The position numbers and the translations under genes are program-made. The notes under the pieces were generated by a model, which had not been told where the DNA came from, made no database searches, and saw only the letters and a list, made by a program, of their open reading frames with translations. Positions 12,320 through 22,484 of a DNA stretch of 64,000 bases are shown one piece after another; position 1 is the stretch's first letter; every line of letters starts with the position of its first letter. Source of the DNA: Pseudomonadota bacterium (GTDB lineage: Bacteria; Pseudomonadota; Gammaproteobacteria; Acidithiobacillales; Acidithiobacillaceae); NCBI GenBank assembly GCA_021821285.1, contig JAKACQ010000011.1, positions 9,333-73,332 of the forward strand. The letters are read 5' to 3'.

Positions 12320-13310
12320 GGGGTTGCAACCCTCGGCCGTGACGGTGGAAAGCCTGCTGGCCACCGGGCGAGAGGTGCTGCGCCTGGAGGCGGCGGCGGT
12401 GGCGGCGTTGGAAACGCGCATTGACGCCGATTTTGTCGAGGCTTGCACACTCCTGTTGAATTGCCCCGGCCGCATCGTGGTCAGTGGAATGGGCAAATCC
12501 GGGATCATTGCCAAAAAAATAGCCGCGACCCTGGCCAGCACCGGCAGCCCCGCCCTTTTCCTGCACTCCGCGGAAGGCAGTCACGGCGATCTGGGCATGC
12601 TGACCCGACAGGATTGTCTGCTTGCCCTCTCCAATTCCGGCGAGACTGCCGAACTCCTCACGATTCTTCCGGTAGTCAAACGCCTCGCCGTGCCCCTGAT
12701 CGCCATGACCGGCAACCCGCAATCCACCCTGGCGCGGAGCGCCGCCGTGCATCTCAACTGTAGTGTGATACGCGAGGCCTGTCCGCTGAATCTCGCGCCG
12801 ACGGCATCGACGACGGCGGCGCTGGCCATGGGAGATGCGCTGGCTATGGCCCTGTTGCAGGCGCGCGGCTTCTCGGCGGATGATTTCGCCCTGTCCCATC
12901 CCGGCGGTAGTCTGGGTAAACGCCTGCTGTTGCGGGTGCACGATGTGATGCACCAGGGCGCGGCGCTGCCCCGGGTGCGGCCGGATACGCCGCTGCGGGA
13001 TGCGGTGCTGGAGATCAGCAGCAAAGGATTGGGGATGACGGCTGTGGTAGATGCCGAGGATCGGGTGTTGGGGATATTTACCGATGGCGATCTGCGCCGT
13101 GCTTTTGCGCAGCGTCAGGACCTTTGGGAGCGACCCATGTCCGAGCTGGCGCACGCCCAACCGACGACCATTGCGGCCGAGGCGCTGGCTGCCGAAGCCC
13201 TTGCCCTGATGGAAGGGAACCGAATCGGCGCTCTGCTGGTCACCGACCCCGAGGCGCGGCTGGTCGGTGCATTGAATATGCACGATTTGTTGCGCGCGGG
13301 TATTGTGTGA
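12309..13310 (+). CDS. kdsD: arabinose-5-phosphate isomerase (SIS + CBS)
   Basis: GMGKSG, HGDLGM, SNSGET, EACPLNLAPTAST, HPGG.LG, CBS pair. Confidence 0.95.
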   Translation: MRIEGLQPSAVTVESLLATGREVLRLEAAAVAALETRIDADFVEACTLLLNCPGRIVVSGMGKSGIIAKKIAATLASTGSPALFLHSAEGSHGDLGMLTRQDCLLALSNSGETAELLTILPVVKRLAVPLIAMTGNPQSTLARSAAVHLNCSVIREACPLNLAPTASTTAALAMGDALAMALLQARGFSADDFALSHPGGSLGKRLLLRVHDVMHQGAALPRVRPDTPLRDAVLEISSKGLGMTAVVDAEDRVLGIFTDGDLRRAFAQRQDLWERPMSELAHAQPTTIAAEALAAEALALMEGNRIGALLVTDPEARLVGALNMHDLLRAGIV

Positions 13311-13352
13311 GCCCACGGTGTAGCATGCATTTTTTCTGCCTCTGGAGCGCCT

Positions 13353-13895
13353 ATGTCGCTTGATGCCAGTCTGTTGAGTATGGCCGCCCATGTCCGTTTG
13401 CTGGTACTGGATGTGGACGGTGTGCTGACCGACGGCCGTTTGTTTTTTGACGATAACGGTCAGGAGAGCAAAGCTTTTCATGTGCGTGATGGTTATGGCA
13501 TGAAGCTCCTGCAGGAACGGCGTATCGAGGTCGCCATGATCACCGCGCGGTATTCCCCGGCGGTTGCCCATCGTGCGCATGATCTGGGTGTGAAGCGTAT
13601 CTACCAGGGCTGCGCGGATAAAAATCTGGCGTACACCGAGCTCAAAATCGCGCTGCACCTGGATGACGCCGCAGTGGCTTATATGGGCGATGATCTTATC
13701 GACCTGCCCATTCTTACCCGTGTCGGTCTGGCGGCGGCGCCCGCCGATGCCCATCACGAAGTGGCACGGCGGGTCCATTGGCAGAGCAGCCTGCCGGGCG
13801 GTCGTGGCGCGGTGCGCGAACTTTGTGAACTGATACTGCGGGCGCAGGGCCATTGGCCGGCCATCCTCGCCAAGGCTGCCGGAGAGGCGCCATGA
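13353..13895 (+). CDS. kdsC: KDO-8-phosphate phosphatase
   Basis: LDVDGVLTDG, F.VRDG.G, GDDLIDLP, GG.GAVRE. Confidence 0.95.
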   Translation: MSLDASLLSMAAHVRLLVLDVDGVLTDGRLFFDDNGQESKAFHVRDGYGMKLLQERRIEVAMITARYSPAVAHRAHDLGVKRIYQGCADKNLAYTELKIALHLDDAAVAYMGDDLIDLPILTRVGLAAAPADAHHEVARRVHWQSSLPGGRGAVRELCELILRAQGHWPAILAKAAGEAP

Positions 13896-14488
13896 TCGTG
13901 CAGTCAGGCGGTTCCGGGGTGGTTTCTGAAAGGATACCACGCGTTCGCTGGCCCAACCTGGGTCTGCTCGTGCTGCTGCTCATGCTGGCGGCGCTGGTGT
14001 GGTGGTCCTGGCCGCGGCACCCGCTGCCGCAGCCGCACATCGATTGGCGCGGGGAGATCCACAAAGGGGATCAGGCGGTTGAAGATGTGATCATGCGTCA
14101 GTACACCGCGACCGGGAATCTGGATCTACTGGCTACCGCACAGACCGCCTATCATGAGCCCGGTGTGAACCAGACTATACTCAGTCAGGTTGTCGTTGAA
14201 CGTTTCCAGCCCGGACAACGGATGCATCTGCGCGCCAATCAGGGTTTGGTGGATGGACGCAGCCATTTGATTACGCTGTGGGGAAATGTTATCGGCACCT
14301 TGCAATCGGGTACGCGTATGCTCACCGAAAAGGTGCACTATGATCCGCAAACGGGCATTATTACGTCCCGTGAGCCGGTGAGGCTGGAGCGGGGCCAAGA
14401 CTGGATGACCGGGAGGGGCTTCCGGGCTTCGGTGAAAACCCAAGAGGTGAGCATTTTGCATGACGTGCGTGGTGTGTATGCCCCTTAA
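13892..14488 (+). CDS. lptC: LPS export protein LptC
   Basis: single N-terminal TM plus beta-jellyroll; between kdsC and lptA. Confidence 0.85.
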   Translation: MIVQSGGSGVVSERIPRVRWPNLGLLVLLLMLAALVWWSWPRHPLPQPHIDWRGEIHKGDQAVEDVIMRQYTATGNLDLLATAQTAYHEPGVNQTILSQVVVERFQPGQRMHLRANQGLVDGRSHLITLWGNVIGTLQSGTRMLTEKVHYDPQTGIITSREPVRLERGQDWMTGRGFRASVKTQEVSILHDVRGVYAP

Positions 14489-15005
14489 GCGAGTCATCCC
14501 CGGACGATTCTGGCCCCTTCTGCTCGTGGCGGCCTCTGTCACCGCGCTCGCCGCACCCGTTGCGGATCAGGGACTGGGCAAAGGCCCTATCCATATCAGC
14601 GCCAACACCCTGCAGGGCGAGAATAAGCCGCGGCAACAAGCCATCTATACCGGGAACGTGATCATGACCCAGGGAGACGTGGTCGTGCATGCCGACAAAC
14701 TCACCATCGACGCCGTCGGCGGCAAGGTCCAGCGGGCCACGGCAATAGGTAGTCCGGTCACTTTCACCATGTCCAGCGCGCAGCGCCACGGCTATGGTGA
14801 CACGTTGATCTATAAACCCGGCAGTGGCGAAATCATATTGATGGGCAACGCCCATCTCTGGCAGGAAAAGAACGAGGTCAGCGGTCAGCAAGTCACTTAT
14901 TTTCTGCGGGATCAGAAAACCGCGGTTACGGGCACCTCCGGGAAGCGGGTGCGGTCGGTCTTCTATCCGGCGACGGGCCACTCCGCTGGTGGTGGGAGGC
15001 CATGA
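14478..15005 (+). CDS. lptA: LPS transport periplasmic protein LptA
   Basis: signal peptide, PIHISA, YTGNV..TQG, GNAHLWQ; precedes lptB. Confidence 0.9.
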   Translation: MPLKRVIPGRFWPLLLVAASVTALAAPVADQGLGKGPIHISANTLQGENKPRQQAIYTGNVIMTQGDVVVHADKLTIDAVGGKVQRATAIGSPVTFTMSSAQRHGYGDTLIYKPGSGEIILMGNAHLWQEKNEVSGQQVTYFLRDQKTAVTGTSGKRVRSVFYPATGHSAGGGRP

Positions 15006-15727
15006 GTGACTTGCTACAAGCGCAATCCCTGGTCAAGATGTACCGGCGACGTGTGGTAGTGCGCGATGTTTCGGTGCAGGTGGCCGCGGGGGAGGTGGTG
15101 GGACTGCTCGGCCCCAACGGGGCTGGCAAGACCACGACTTTTTACATGGTGGTCGGTCTGGTGCGTCCCGACCGGGGGCATATTTTTTTGCAGCAACGTG
15201 ACATCACGATGTTGCCCATGCATGAGCGCGCCCGTATGGGGCTGGGTTATCTGCCCCAGGAGCCATCGGTTTTCCGCCAGATGAGCGCGGCGGACAACGT
15301 TCTTGCCGTGCTGGAGACGTTGCCTCTGAGCAAGGTGGAGCGGCAAGAACGGTTGGAACAATTGCTGAGTGAGTTGCATCTCCATTCGTTGCGCGATACC
15401 CGGGGGCACAGCCTCTCCGGTGGCGAGCGGCGGCGAGTGGAGATCGCGCGGGCTCTGGCCATGAATCCGCGTTTTATTTTGCTCGACGAGCCCTTCGCCG
15501 GTATCGATCCCATTTCTGTTTTGGAAATTCAACGGCTTATACAAGACCTGCGTGAGCGTGGCATCGGCATTCTGATTACCGATCATAACGTGCGCGAGAC
15601 TTTAGGAATTTGTGAACGCGCCTATATACTGCATGATGGCAAGGTACTTACCGCTGGCAAACCTCAGGAGATCGTCGATGACCCCATGGTACGCCAGGTT
15701 TATCTGGGAGATCAGTTTCAAATCTGA
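15002..15727 (+). CDS. lptB: LPS export ABC transporter ATP-binding protein
   Basis: [44 protein letters not shown]. Confidence 0.96.
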   Translation: MSDLLQAQSLVKMYRRRVVVRDVSVQVAAGEVVGLLGPNGAGKTTTFYMVVGLVRPDRGHIFLQQRDITMLPMHERARMGLGYLPQEPSVFRQMSAADNVLAVLETLPLSKVERQERLEQLLSELHLHSLRDTRGHSLSGGERRRVEIARALAMNPRFILLDEPFAGIDPISVLEIQRLIQDLRERGIGILITDHNVRETLGICERAYILHDGKVLTAGKPQEIVDDPMVRQVYLGDQFQI

Positions 15728-15739
15728 TCGTTGGAAACC

Positions 15740-17167
15740 ATGAAACAAGGCTTAGAACTCAAGCTCGGCCAGCATTTGGCCATGACCCCGCAACTGCAAC
15801 AGGCCATCCGTCTGCTGCAACTGTCGACGGTTGACCTGCAGCAGGAAGTTCAGAGCATGCTGGAAAGCAATCCTTTGCTCGACGAGGAAATGGGGGAGGA
15901 GGGCGGTGGGGCCGGAGCCGCCCCGGAGACGGTCGAGCCCTCTTCCCAAGACCGGCAATTGGATCTCGCTGCCGAGGATACGCTGCCTGACGAATTGCCC
16001 ATGGACAGTCAATGGGACGATGTCTTCGACTTGGGGACGTCGAGTTCCGGCGGTGGTTCCGACGAGGATCTGCCGGATTTCGAGTCGCGCAACAGCCACA
16101 GCCAGAGTCTGCAGGATTATCTCCGCTGGCAGGCCGATATGACACACTTCAGTGCGGACGAACGCAATATGGCGGAGTTGATCATCGATGCCATCGATGA
16201 GCGTGGTTACCTGACGGAAAGTCTGGAAGAGTTTGCCGCCGCCCTGGAAGTCTCTGAGGAGACGCTGCTCTCCGTATTGCGGCGGGTGCAAGATTTCGAT
16301 CCTCCGGGCGTGGGCGCGCGTGACCTCAGTGAATGTTTGCTGCTGCAACTGCAGCAGATGATCGACGCGGATGCGCCGGTGTTGCTGGCTCAGCGGATTG
16401 TGAAGGATCACTTGCAGGCTTTGGGGCGCCACGATTACCCGCGTCTGTGCGAGACGCTGGGTGTTGATGAAACGGCATTGCGTGCGGCGATGGCGCTGAT
16501 TTCCACGCTGAACCCCAAACCGGGCGAAGATGTGGGCACGGAGGCCGCCGAGTACGTGATTCCCGATGTGATCGTGCGTTGGACCGGTAAGCACCTGCGT
16601 GTGGATCTGAACCCCGAGGCGATGCCCAAGCTGCGTATCAACCGCCGTTACGCGGGCATGTTGGGTGGAAAGGATGCGGCGCACAAATATATTCAGGATC
16701 AGCTCAATGCGGCGCGCTGGTTCATCAAGAGCCTGCAGAGTCGTCAGGAAACCATACTGAAAGTGGCGCGGGCCATTGTGGAGCGGCAGAAGGAATTTTT
16801 CGCCAACGGACCGGAGTCCATGCGGCCCATGGTTCTGCGTCATATCGCCGAGGCGGTAGACATGCACGAGTCGACGGTTTCTCGGGTCACCAACCAGAAG
16901 TACATGATAACGCCGCGCGGCCTCTACGAGTTCAAATACTTTTTCTCCAGCCATGTGGGTACCGACAGTGGCGGCTCGGCCTCGGCCACGGCGATCCGTG
17001 CGCTGCTCATCAAGCTGACGCAGGCGGAAAATCCGCGTAACCCCCTCAGCGATGCGGAAATTGCCAAGGTGCTCGCCGACCAGGGCATCCAAATCGCGCG
17101 GCGGACGGTGGCTAAATACCGGGAGGCCGCCAACATCCCGCCCGCGAGCCAGCGCCGGCGGCTCTGA
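15740..17167 (+). CDS. rpoN: RNA polymerase sigma-54 factor
   Basis: MTPQLQQAIRLLQL, HESTVSR, RpoN box ARRTVAKYRE. Confidence 0.98.
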   Translation: MKQGLELKLGQHLAMTPQLQQAIRLLQLSTVDLQQEVQSMLESNPLLDEEMGEEGGGAGAAPETVEPSSQDRQLDLAAEDTLPDELPMDSQWDDVFDLGTSSSGGGSDEDLPDFESRNSHSQSLQDYLRWQADMTHFSADERNMAELIIDAIDERGYLTESLEEFAAALEVSEETLLSVLRRVQDFDPPGVGARDLSECLLLQLQQMIDADAPVLLAQRIVKDHLQALGRHDYPRLCETLGVDETALRAAMALISTLNPKPGEDVGTEAAEYVIPDVIVRWTGKHLRVDLNPEAMPKLRINRRYAGMLGGKDAAHKYIQDQLNAARWFIKSLQSRQETILKVARAIVERQKEFFANGPESMRPMVLRHIAEAVDMHESTVSRVTNQKYMITPRGLYEFKYFFSSHVGTDSGGSASATAIRALLIKLTQAENPRNPLSDAEIAKVLADQGIQIARRTVAKYREAANIPPASQRRRL

Positions 17168-17280
17168 GCGTGGTGACGGTCAGGGTTTTGTGATGGCGCC
17201 GTTGGCGCTACACTGGAGATGGACCCCGTAGCGGGGCAGGACTCATAAGCGGTCACTCTGAATTAAGGTAGGAGAGCGCC

Positions 17281-17622
17281 ATGCAAATAACCATCACCGG
17301 GCAGCACCTGGATTTGACCGACCCTATCAAAAACTATGTCGATGAGAAGATTGGGCGTCTTGGTCGCTATTTCGATCACGTCATCCATGCCCGGGCGGTG
17401 CTGAAGCACCTGCCCCACGAGAATCTGGTGAATGTTGTGGACATCACCGTCAATGCACCAGGTCATATTTTCCACGCCGAGGTACACAATGCCGACATGT
17501 ACGCGGCTATCGATCTGGTGGCGGACAAGTTGGAGGCGCAAGTGCACAGTTATAAGGAAAAGTTGCAGGATCGCCGTAATGACCATCCCACGGGCCTGGC
17601 AGCCATAGCCGAAGCCGACTGA
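17281..17622 (+). CDS. hpf: ribosome hibernation promoting factor
   Basis: MQITITGQHLDLT, DMYAAID...KLE; follows rpoN. Confidence 0.92.
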   Translation: MQITITGQHLDLTDPIKNYVDEKIGRLGRYFDHVIHARAVLKHLPHENLVNVVDITVNAPGHIFHAEVHNADMYAAIDLVADKLEAQVHSYKEKLQDRRNDHPTGLAAIAEAD

Positions 17623-17628
17623 TCGACC

Positions 17629-18078
17629 ATGATGATCGCCCTGCCCTTGTCTCCGGCGAACATTCGTATGGATCCCCCCGTAGCGGATGCGGTTGACGCG
17701 CTGCAGGCACTGGCGGAGATGCTGGCGGAATCCAGCGGCTTGCCCGCCCAAGGCATCGCTGCGGCCTTGCAAAATCGCGAAGCCCAGGGGTCCACTGGTA
17801 TCGGGCACGGGGTGGCTTTGCCCCATGCCCGCTTGGAGGGGCTGGATCGGGTGGTCATCGCGGCGTTGCGCACCGCGCGGGGTATCCCCTTCGCGGCTCC
17901 GGACGGGGTGGACGTGCGGATTTTCATCGCAGTGGCGGTTCCGAGAGCGGCAGCGACCGCCCATCTCGAGATGCTCTCCACGCTGGCCGCCAGGCTGGCT
18001 GTGGACGGAGTTCGCGAGGCACTGTTGAAAACTCCGGAGGCCACGGAGTTTTTTCGTGTATTGACAGGCCCCGCGTAG
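17629..18078 (+). CDS. ptsN: PTS IIA(Ntr)-like protein
   Basis: RE..GSTGIGHGVALPHAR phospho-His motif. Confidence 0.88.
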   Translation: MMIALPLSPANIRMDPPVADAVDALQALAEMLAESSGLPAQGIAAALQNREAQGSTGIGHGVALPHARLEGLDRVVIAALRTARGIPFAAPDGVDVRIFIAVAVPRAAATAHLEMLSTLAARLAVDGVREALLKTPEATEFFRVLTGPA

Positions 18079-18103
18079 GTTGCGGGGCGGATCGGTGTGC
18101 GCC

Positions 18104-19057
18104 ATGACTTTTGCGCAAAGCGGAGGACTGGAGCGACACATCAGTCTGCGTCAGCTCTGTGCGGATCTGCACAGCGAGTTGCACTGGCAATGCCTGCATC
18201 AGCCTGAGGAGGGCAGCCTTTCCGGTGATCCGTGGGCCGAGGATGACGTGGGAGGCGCGGCGCTGGTCGGCTTTTTGAATTTCATTCGCCCGCATGTGGT
18301 GCAGATTGCGGGGGCCTGCGAACTCGCTTATCTGGAGGCACATCCGGAAAGCACGGCGCAATTCCTGCCGGCCAAGTTGCGATTGCTGATCGTCTGCGAA
18401 GGGCAGAGTCTCGCCGATCGTCTCTATGCGGATTTGAAATCCCGTCACATCGCGGTGATGGCGACATCCATGGGTGCCAAGATGGTGCTCGCCCAGGTGC
18501 AACATTACCTGCATCATGCATTGGCACCCCGCCAACAGATCCATGGCGTGCTGGTCGATGTGCTGGGGGTGGGGTTACTCCTGCAGGGTGAGGCGGGTAT
18601 AGGGAAGAGCGAACTGGCGTTGGAACTGGTGAGCCGTGGTCATCGACTGGTGGCCGACGATAGTGTGCTTTGTATCCGCGAGGCGCCGAATGTATTGACT
18701 GGGCACTGCCCGGCACAGTTGCGTAATTTTCTGGAAGTGCGCGGTCTGGGTATTATCAACATCCGCGAGTTTTTTGGCGCGGCCGCCATCGTGCGTTCAA
18801 AACGCATTCGTCTGGTGGTCGAGATCAAGGATATGCGCGATATGGAAATGGCCGATATCGATCGTCTGCAGGGCAAAGTCGATCATATGGACATCCTCGG
18901 AACCCAATTGACGCGGCTGCGTTTGCCCGTATCGGCGGCACGCAACCTGGCGGTGCTGGTCGAGGCCGCGGCGCGCAGTCAGTATGTGAAGGAGTCCGGC
19001 GGCGACATGCTGGCAGATTTTGAGGCGCAAGTCAGACGGAGTACTGGAGAGGCGTGA
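18104..19057 (+). CDS. hprK: HPr kinase/phosphorylase
   Basis: HGVLVDVLG.G.LL.GEAGIGKSELAL, HRLVADD, EVRGLGIINI. Confidence 0.94.
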   Translation: MTFAQSGGLERHISLRQLCADLHSELHWQCLHQPEEGSLSGDPWAEDDVGGAALVGFLNFIRPHVVQIAGACELAYLEAHPESTAQFLPAKLRLLIVCEGQSLADRLYADLKSRHIAVMATSMGAKMVLAQVQHYLHHALAPRQQIHGVLVDVLGVGLLLQGEAGIGKSELALELVSRGHRLVADDSVLCIREAPNVLTGHCPAQLRNFLEVRGLGIINIREFFGAAAIVRSKRIRLVVEIKDMRDMEMADIDRLQGKVDHMDILGTQLTRLRLPVSAARNLAVLVEAAARSQYVKESGGDMLADFEAQVRRSTGEA

Positions 19058-19956
19058 TGCCGCAGCAAGATTTCATCCTCGTCAGCGGTCTGTCGGGTTC
19101 GGGAAAATCCACGGTACTGCAAGCGTTGGAGGATCAGGGCTACTACTGTGTCGACAACCTGCCCGCTACCTTGCTGGTGGATTTTGGTGGTCAACTCGCA
19201 CGGCGCGATGCCTGTTCCATGCTCGCCGCCGTGAGTATCGATGTGCGCAACCGGGAATTCCTGGCGGCATTGCCTCAGGCCCTGATCGAACTGCGCGAAC
19301 GCCATGCGCTGCGCCCGCGCATCCTCTTTCTGGAGGCGGACGAGGGCACATTGCTGCGCCGCTTCAGCGAGACGCGCCGACGTCATCCTCTTACGGACGA
19401 TTTGGCGCCCGCGCTGGGCGAATCACTGCTCACGGTGTTACGACGTGAACGCGAGATGGTGCAACTCCTGGCTGACGTCGCGGACAAACGACTGGACACC
19501 TCGCAGATCAATACGCATCAGTTGCGCCTGCGGGTCCAGGCGTGGAGTCTGGCGTCGCGGCACTACGGGGGCTTGGTCCTGTTACTGCAATCCTTTGCCT
19601 ATAAAAAGGGCATTCCTCTGGATTCCGACTTTGTTTTCGATCTACGCGCGCTGCCCAATCCCCACTACGATCCTGCGTTGCGGGGGCTCACCGGGCGGGA
19701 TGTCGCGGTCCGCGATTTTTTGGCCCGGTCGCCGGAGGCGGTGAGTGCTTTTCACTCCTTGCGGGCTTTTCTGCAGGGCTGGCTCGCGCCGTTTGCGCAG
19801 GAGCATCGAAACTATGTGACGGTTTCTCTGGGCTGTACGGGCGGTCAGCATCGCAGTGTGTACATGGTGGAGGCTTTGGCCCAGGAACTTGCGGGGATGG
19901 GGCAGCGTGTTCTGGTGCAGCATCGGGAGCTCGACATTACCGAGACGCTGTCATGA
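19054..19956 (+). CDS. rapZ: RNase adapter RapZ
   Basis: SGLSGSGKS, CVDNLP, RRFSETRRRHP, FD.R.LPNPH, GCTGGQHRSV. Confidence 0.95.
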   Translation: MMPQQDFILVSGLSGSGKSTVLQALEDQGYYCVDNLPATLLVDFGGQLARRDACSMLAAVSIDVRNREFLAALPQALIELRERHALRPRILFLEADEGTLLRRFSETRRRHPLTDDLAPALGESLLTVLRREREMVQLLADVADKRLDTSQINTHQLRLRVQAWSLASRHYGGLVLLLQSFAYKKGIPLDSDFVFDLRALPNPHYDPALRGLTGRDVAVRDFLARSPEAVSAFHSLRAFLQGWLAPFAQEHRNYVTVSLGCTGGQHRSVYMVEALAQELAGMGQRVLVQHRELDITETLS

Positions 19957-20369
19957 TTACCATTGTGCTTCTGACCCACGCGGGACTGGGTGAGGCTTTT
20001 GCGGCGGCACTCCGGCATATTTTCGGTACGCTCCCGCCCGCGCTGGTGGTTCTGGAAGTCCTCCCGGATCAAGCCCCGGAAGCGGGCCGTCGCCGCCTGT
20101 GGAGTCTGTTGGAGAATTTGGGAGAGGACGACGGCATCTTGATTCTCAACGATCTCTATGGCGCGACTCCCGCCAACCTTATCCCCGCCATACTGCCGGA
20201 GGGTCGGGTGGCGGCGGTGAGCGGTTTGAATCTGGCCATGCTGCTGCGTGCCCTGTCGCGGCGCGGTGAAGGACTGGCGGCTGCCCGCCGCGGGGCCATG
20301 GAGGGCGGGATGGAGGGTATTGTGGATATCCTGGCACATCGCGATGCCCAAGTGTCGCCACCGGACTGA
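19953..20369 (+). CDS. PTS IIA (mannose-type) component
   Basis: LLTHA phospho-His, DLYGATP.N, GLNLAML. Confidence 0.88.
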   Translation: MITIVLLTHAGLGEAFAAALRHIFGTLPPALVVLEVLPDQAPEAGRRRLWSLLENLGEDDGILILNDLYGATPANLIPAILPEGRVAAVSGLNLAMLLRALSRRGEGLAAARRGAMEGGMEGIVDILAHRDAQVSPPD

Positions 20370-20468
20370 TCCGCGCTCCCGCCTCTGGCTCGGGGCGCCG
20401 CCGCGCGCTATGCTCAGAAATCGTACACGACCACGGTTTCCGGTAGCCCAAGGAGAGGCCAGCGCCCC

Positions 20469-20741
20469 ATGACCCTACGCGTAGAATACCCCATCATCAA
20501 CCAACTGGGTTTGCACGCACGGCCCTCCGCCAAGTTTGTCAGTCTTTCCGCGCGTTATCCGTGCGCGGTTTGGCTGGAACGCAATGGGCATCGGGTGAGT
20601 GGCAAGAGCATCATGGGGTTGATGACGCTCGCCGCGGCACAAGGGACGGTCTTGACTTTGGAAACGGACGGTGAGGGAGAGCAGGCCTGTGCCGCCGCCT
20701 TGCTCGCACTCGCGGCGGATCGTTTTGGTGAGGAAGCATGA
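20469..20741 (+). CDS. ptsH: phosphocarrier protein HPr/NPr
   Basis: GLHARP (His15) and KSIMGLM (Ser46). Confidence 0.92.
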   Translation: MTLRVEYPIINQLGLHARPSAKFVSLSARYPCAVWLERNGHRVSGKSIMGLMTLAAAQGTVLTLETDGEGEQACAAALLALAADRFGEEA

Positions 20742-22450
20742 GTTTTGAACTGGCGGGGATTGGCGCTTCCGGTGGCATTGCTATTGGCACGGCGCTGGTA
20801 CTGGAGTCGACCGCGCTCGACATCCCCGAGCATCTCCTGGTCCCCGAACTGGTCGAATCGGAGGTGCTCCGTCTGCGCAATGCATTGAGTTGCGCCCGGG
20901 ATGAATTACTGCGTGTCCGCGACGCCATTCCCGGCGATGCCCCACAAGACACGCACCTCTTTATCGACGCTCACCTGTTGATGTTGGACGATCCCGCCCT
21001 GCGCGAGAGGCCCCTGCGGTCCATTCGCGAGGATCGTCGTAATGCGGCCTGGGCGGTCCATCTGGAGAAGGAACGGCTGCTGGCAATTTTCGACCGTATG
21101 GAAGATGCTTATCTGCGCGCCAAACGGGAAGACATCATTCAGGTCACGGACCGGGTGTTGCGCCATCTGGTCGGTGTGCAGGCTCCCGTGTTACAGACCC
21201 CGGAGGGCCGAATCATCATTGCCGAGGAGTTGACGCCCGCGGACACGGTCCTGATGAAACAGGACAAGGCGTTGGCCTGGGTGACCGACTTCGGTGCGGC
21301 AAACTCGCACGCGGCTATCCTGGCCCGGAGCCTGGGGCTCCCCGCCGTAGTCGGCACACACTCGGCGACCCGCCTCCTGCGGAGCGGAGACACCCTTATC
21401 GTCGATGGTGACCAAGGCATCCTGCTGGCCGCACCGGATGCGGCGACGCTGCGGCAGTACCGGGCACTGCAGGAGCAACGGCAACGGCGCCGGCGCCTGC
21501 TGGAAGAACAGCGTGACCTGCCGGCGGTGACGGTGGACGGTGTGCATATCCATCTGCGTGCCAACATTGAGTTGCCGGACGATACCACCCTGGTCAAGCG
21601 GATCAATGCGGATGGCGTCGGCCTTTATCGCAGCGAGTTTCTCTTCATGAACCGCCCGGATATCCCCGATGAGGAAGAGCAGTTCCACGCCTTTGCCCAT
21701 GTGGTCGAACAAATGCGTGGCGCGCCCGTGACGATCCGCTCTCTCGACATCGGCGCTGACAAGGGCCTGCGTGATGATGATGCCGGGTTGCACGTTGCGC
21801 TCAATCCCGCCCTTGGTTTGCGGGGATTGCGTCTTTGTCTGCGTCGTCCGGAATGGTTTCGACCGCATCTGCGCGCCATCCTCCGCGCCTCGGCTTTGGG
21901 GCCGGTGCGTCTGATGCTGCCCATGCTCAGCAGCATGGGCCAGTTGCTGCAAACCCGTGCGCTGGTGAGTGAACTGCAGGCGGAGCTGCAGGCCGAAGGA
22001 CGCTCCTGTGACCCCCATATGCCCATGGGCATCATGGTGGAAGTGCCTGCCGTGGCGGTGGCGGCCCATTATTTCGCCGGGCGGGTGGATTTTTTTTCCA
22101 TTGGCACCAACGATCTGATCCAATACGCGTTAGCGGTGGATCGTGGCGATGATGATGTCAATGACCTGTTCGACCCCTTGCATGTCGGTGTGCTGGCGAT
22201 GATTCGGCACACCATAGCGGCAGGCCATGCGCGGGGTATTCCCGTGGCCATGTGTGGCGAGATGGCGGCCAATCCAGCCTACACGGCGCTGCTGCTGGGA
22301 TTGGGATTGCGGGAGTTCAGCATGTATTCCGGTGCCATTCCCGAGGTCAAGGAGGTGATTCGGCAAACCTCCATCGCCGAGGCGGAAATTCTGGCCGCCC
22401 GTCTTCTGGCTGGAGAAGAGTCGGTATTGATGGGGATCGGGCATAGCTAG
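20738..22450 (+). CDS. ptsI: phosphoenolpyruvate-protein phosphotransferase (EI)
   Basis: SHAAILARSL, GVGLYRSE, NPALGLRG, FFSIGTNDL.QY, MCGEMA. Confidence 0.95.
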   Translation: MSFELAGIGASGGIAIGTALVLESTALDIPEHLLVPELVESEVLRLRNALSCARDELLRVRDAIPGDAPQDTHLFIDAHLLMLDDPALRERPLRSIREDRRNAAWAVHLEKERLLAIFDRMEDAYLRAKREDIIQVTDRVLRHLVGVQAPVLQTPEGRIIIAEELTPADTVLMKQDKALAWVTDFGAANSHAAILARSLGLPAVVGTHSATRLLRSGDTLIVDGDQGILLAAPDAATLRQYRALQEQRQRRRRLLEEQRDLPAVTVDGVHIHLRANIELPDDTTLVKRINADGVGLYRSEFLFMNRPDIPDEEEQFHAFAHVVEQMRGAPVTIRSLDIGADKGLRDDDAGLHVALNPALGLRGLRLCLRRPEWFRPHLRAILRASALGPVRLMLPMLSSMGQLLQTRALVSELQAELQAEGRSCDPHMPMGIMVEVPAVAVAAHYFAGRVDFFSIGTNDLIQYALAVDRGDDDVNDLFDPLHVGVLAMIRHTIAAGHARGIPVAMCGEMAANPAYTALLLGLGLREFSMYSGAIPEVKEVIRQTSIAEAEILAARLLAGEESVLMGIGHS

Positions 22451-22484
22451 GCGGGCCCCGCGCCGGATATGGGCGTCTGTTCTG

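Noticed and set aside
9892-22450. amgK-murU, rapZ and the glrKR-like system lying near the glmS-bearing islet, suggesting an amino-sugar super-cluster
   Set aside because: These are core genes in conserved synteny; proximity to the islet is probably coincidental, and no functional link is visible in sequence
17629-22450. PTS genes without any EIIB/EIIC permease
   Set aside because: Well-known regulatory PTS arrangement (ptsN-hprK-rapZ-EIIA-HPr-EI) in Proteobacteria
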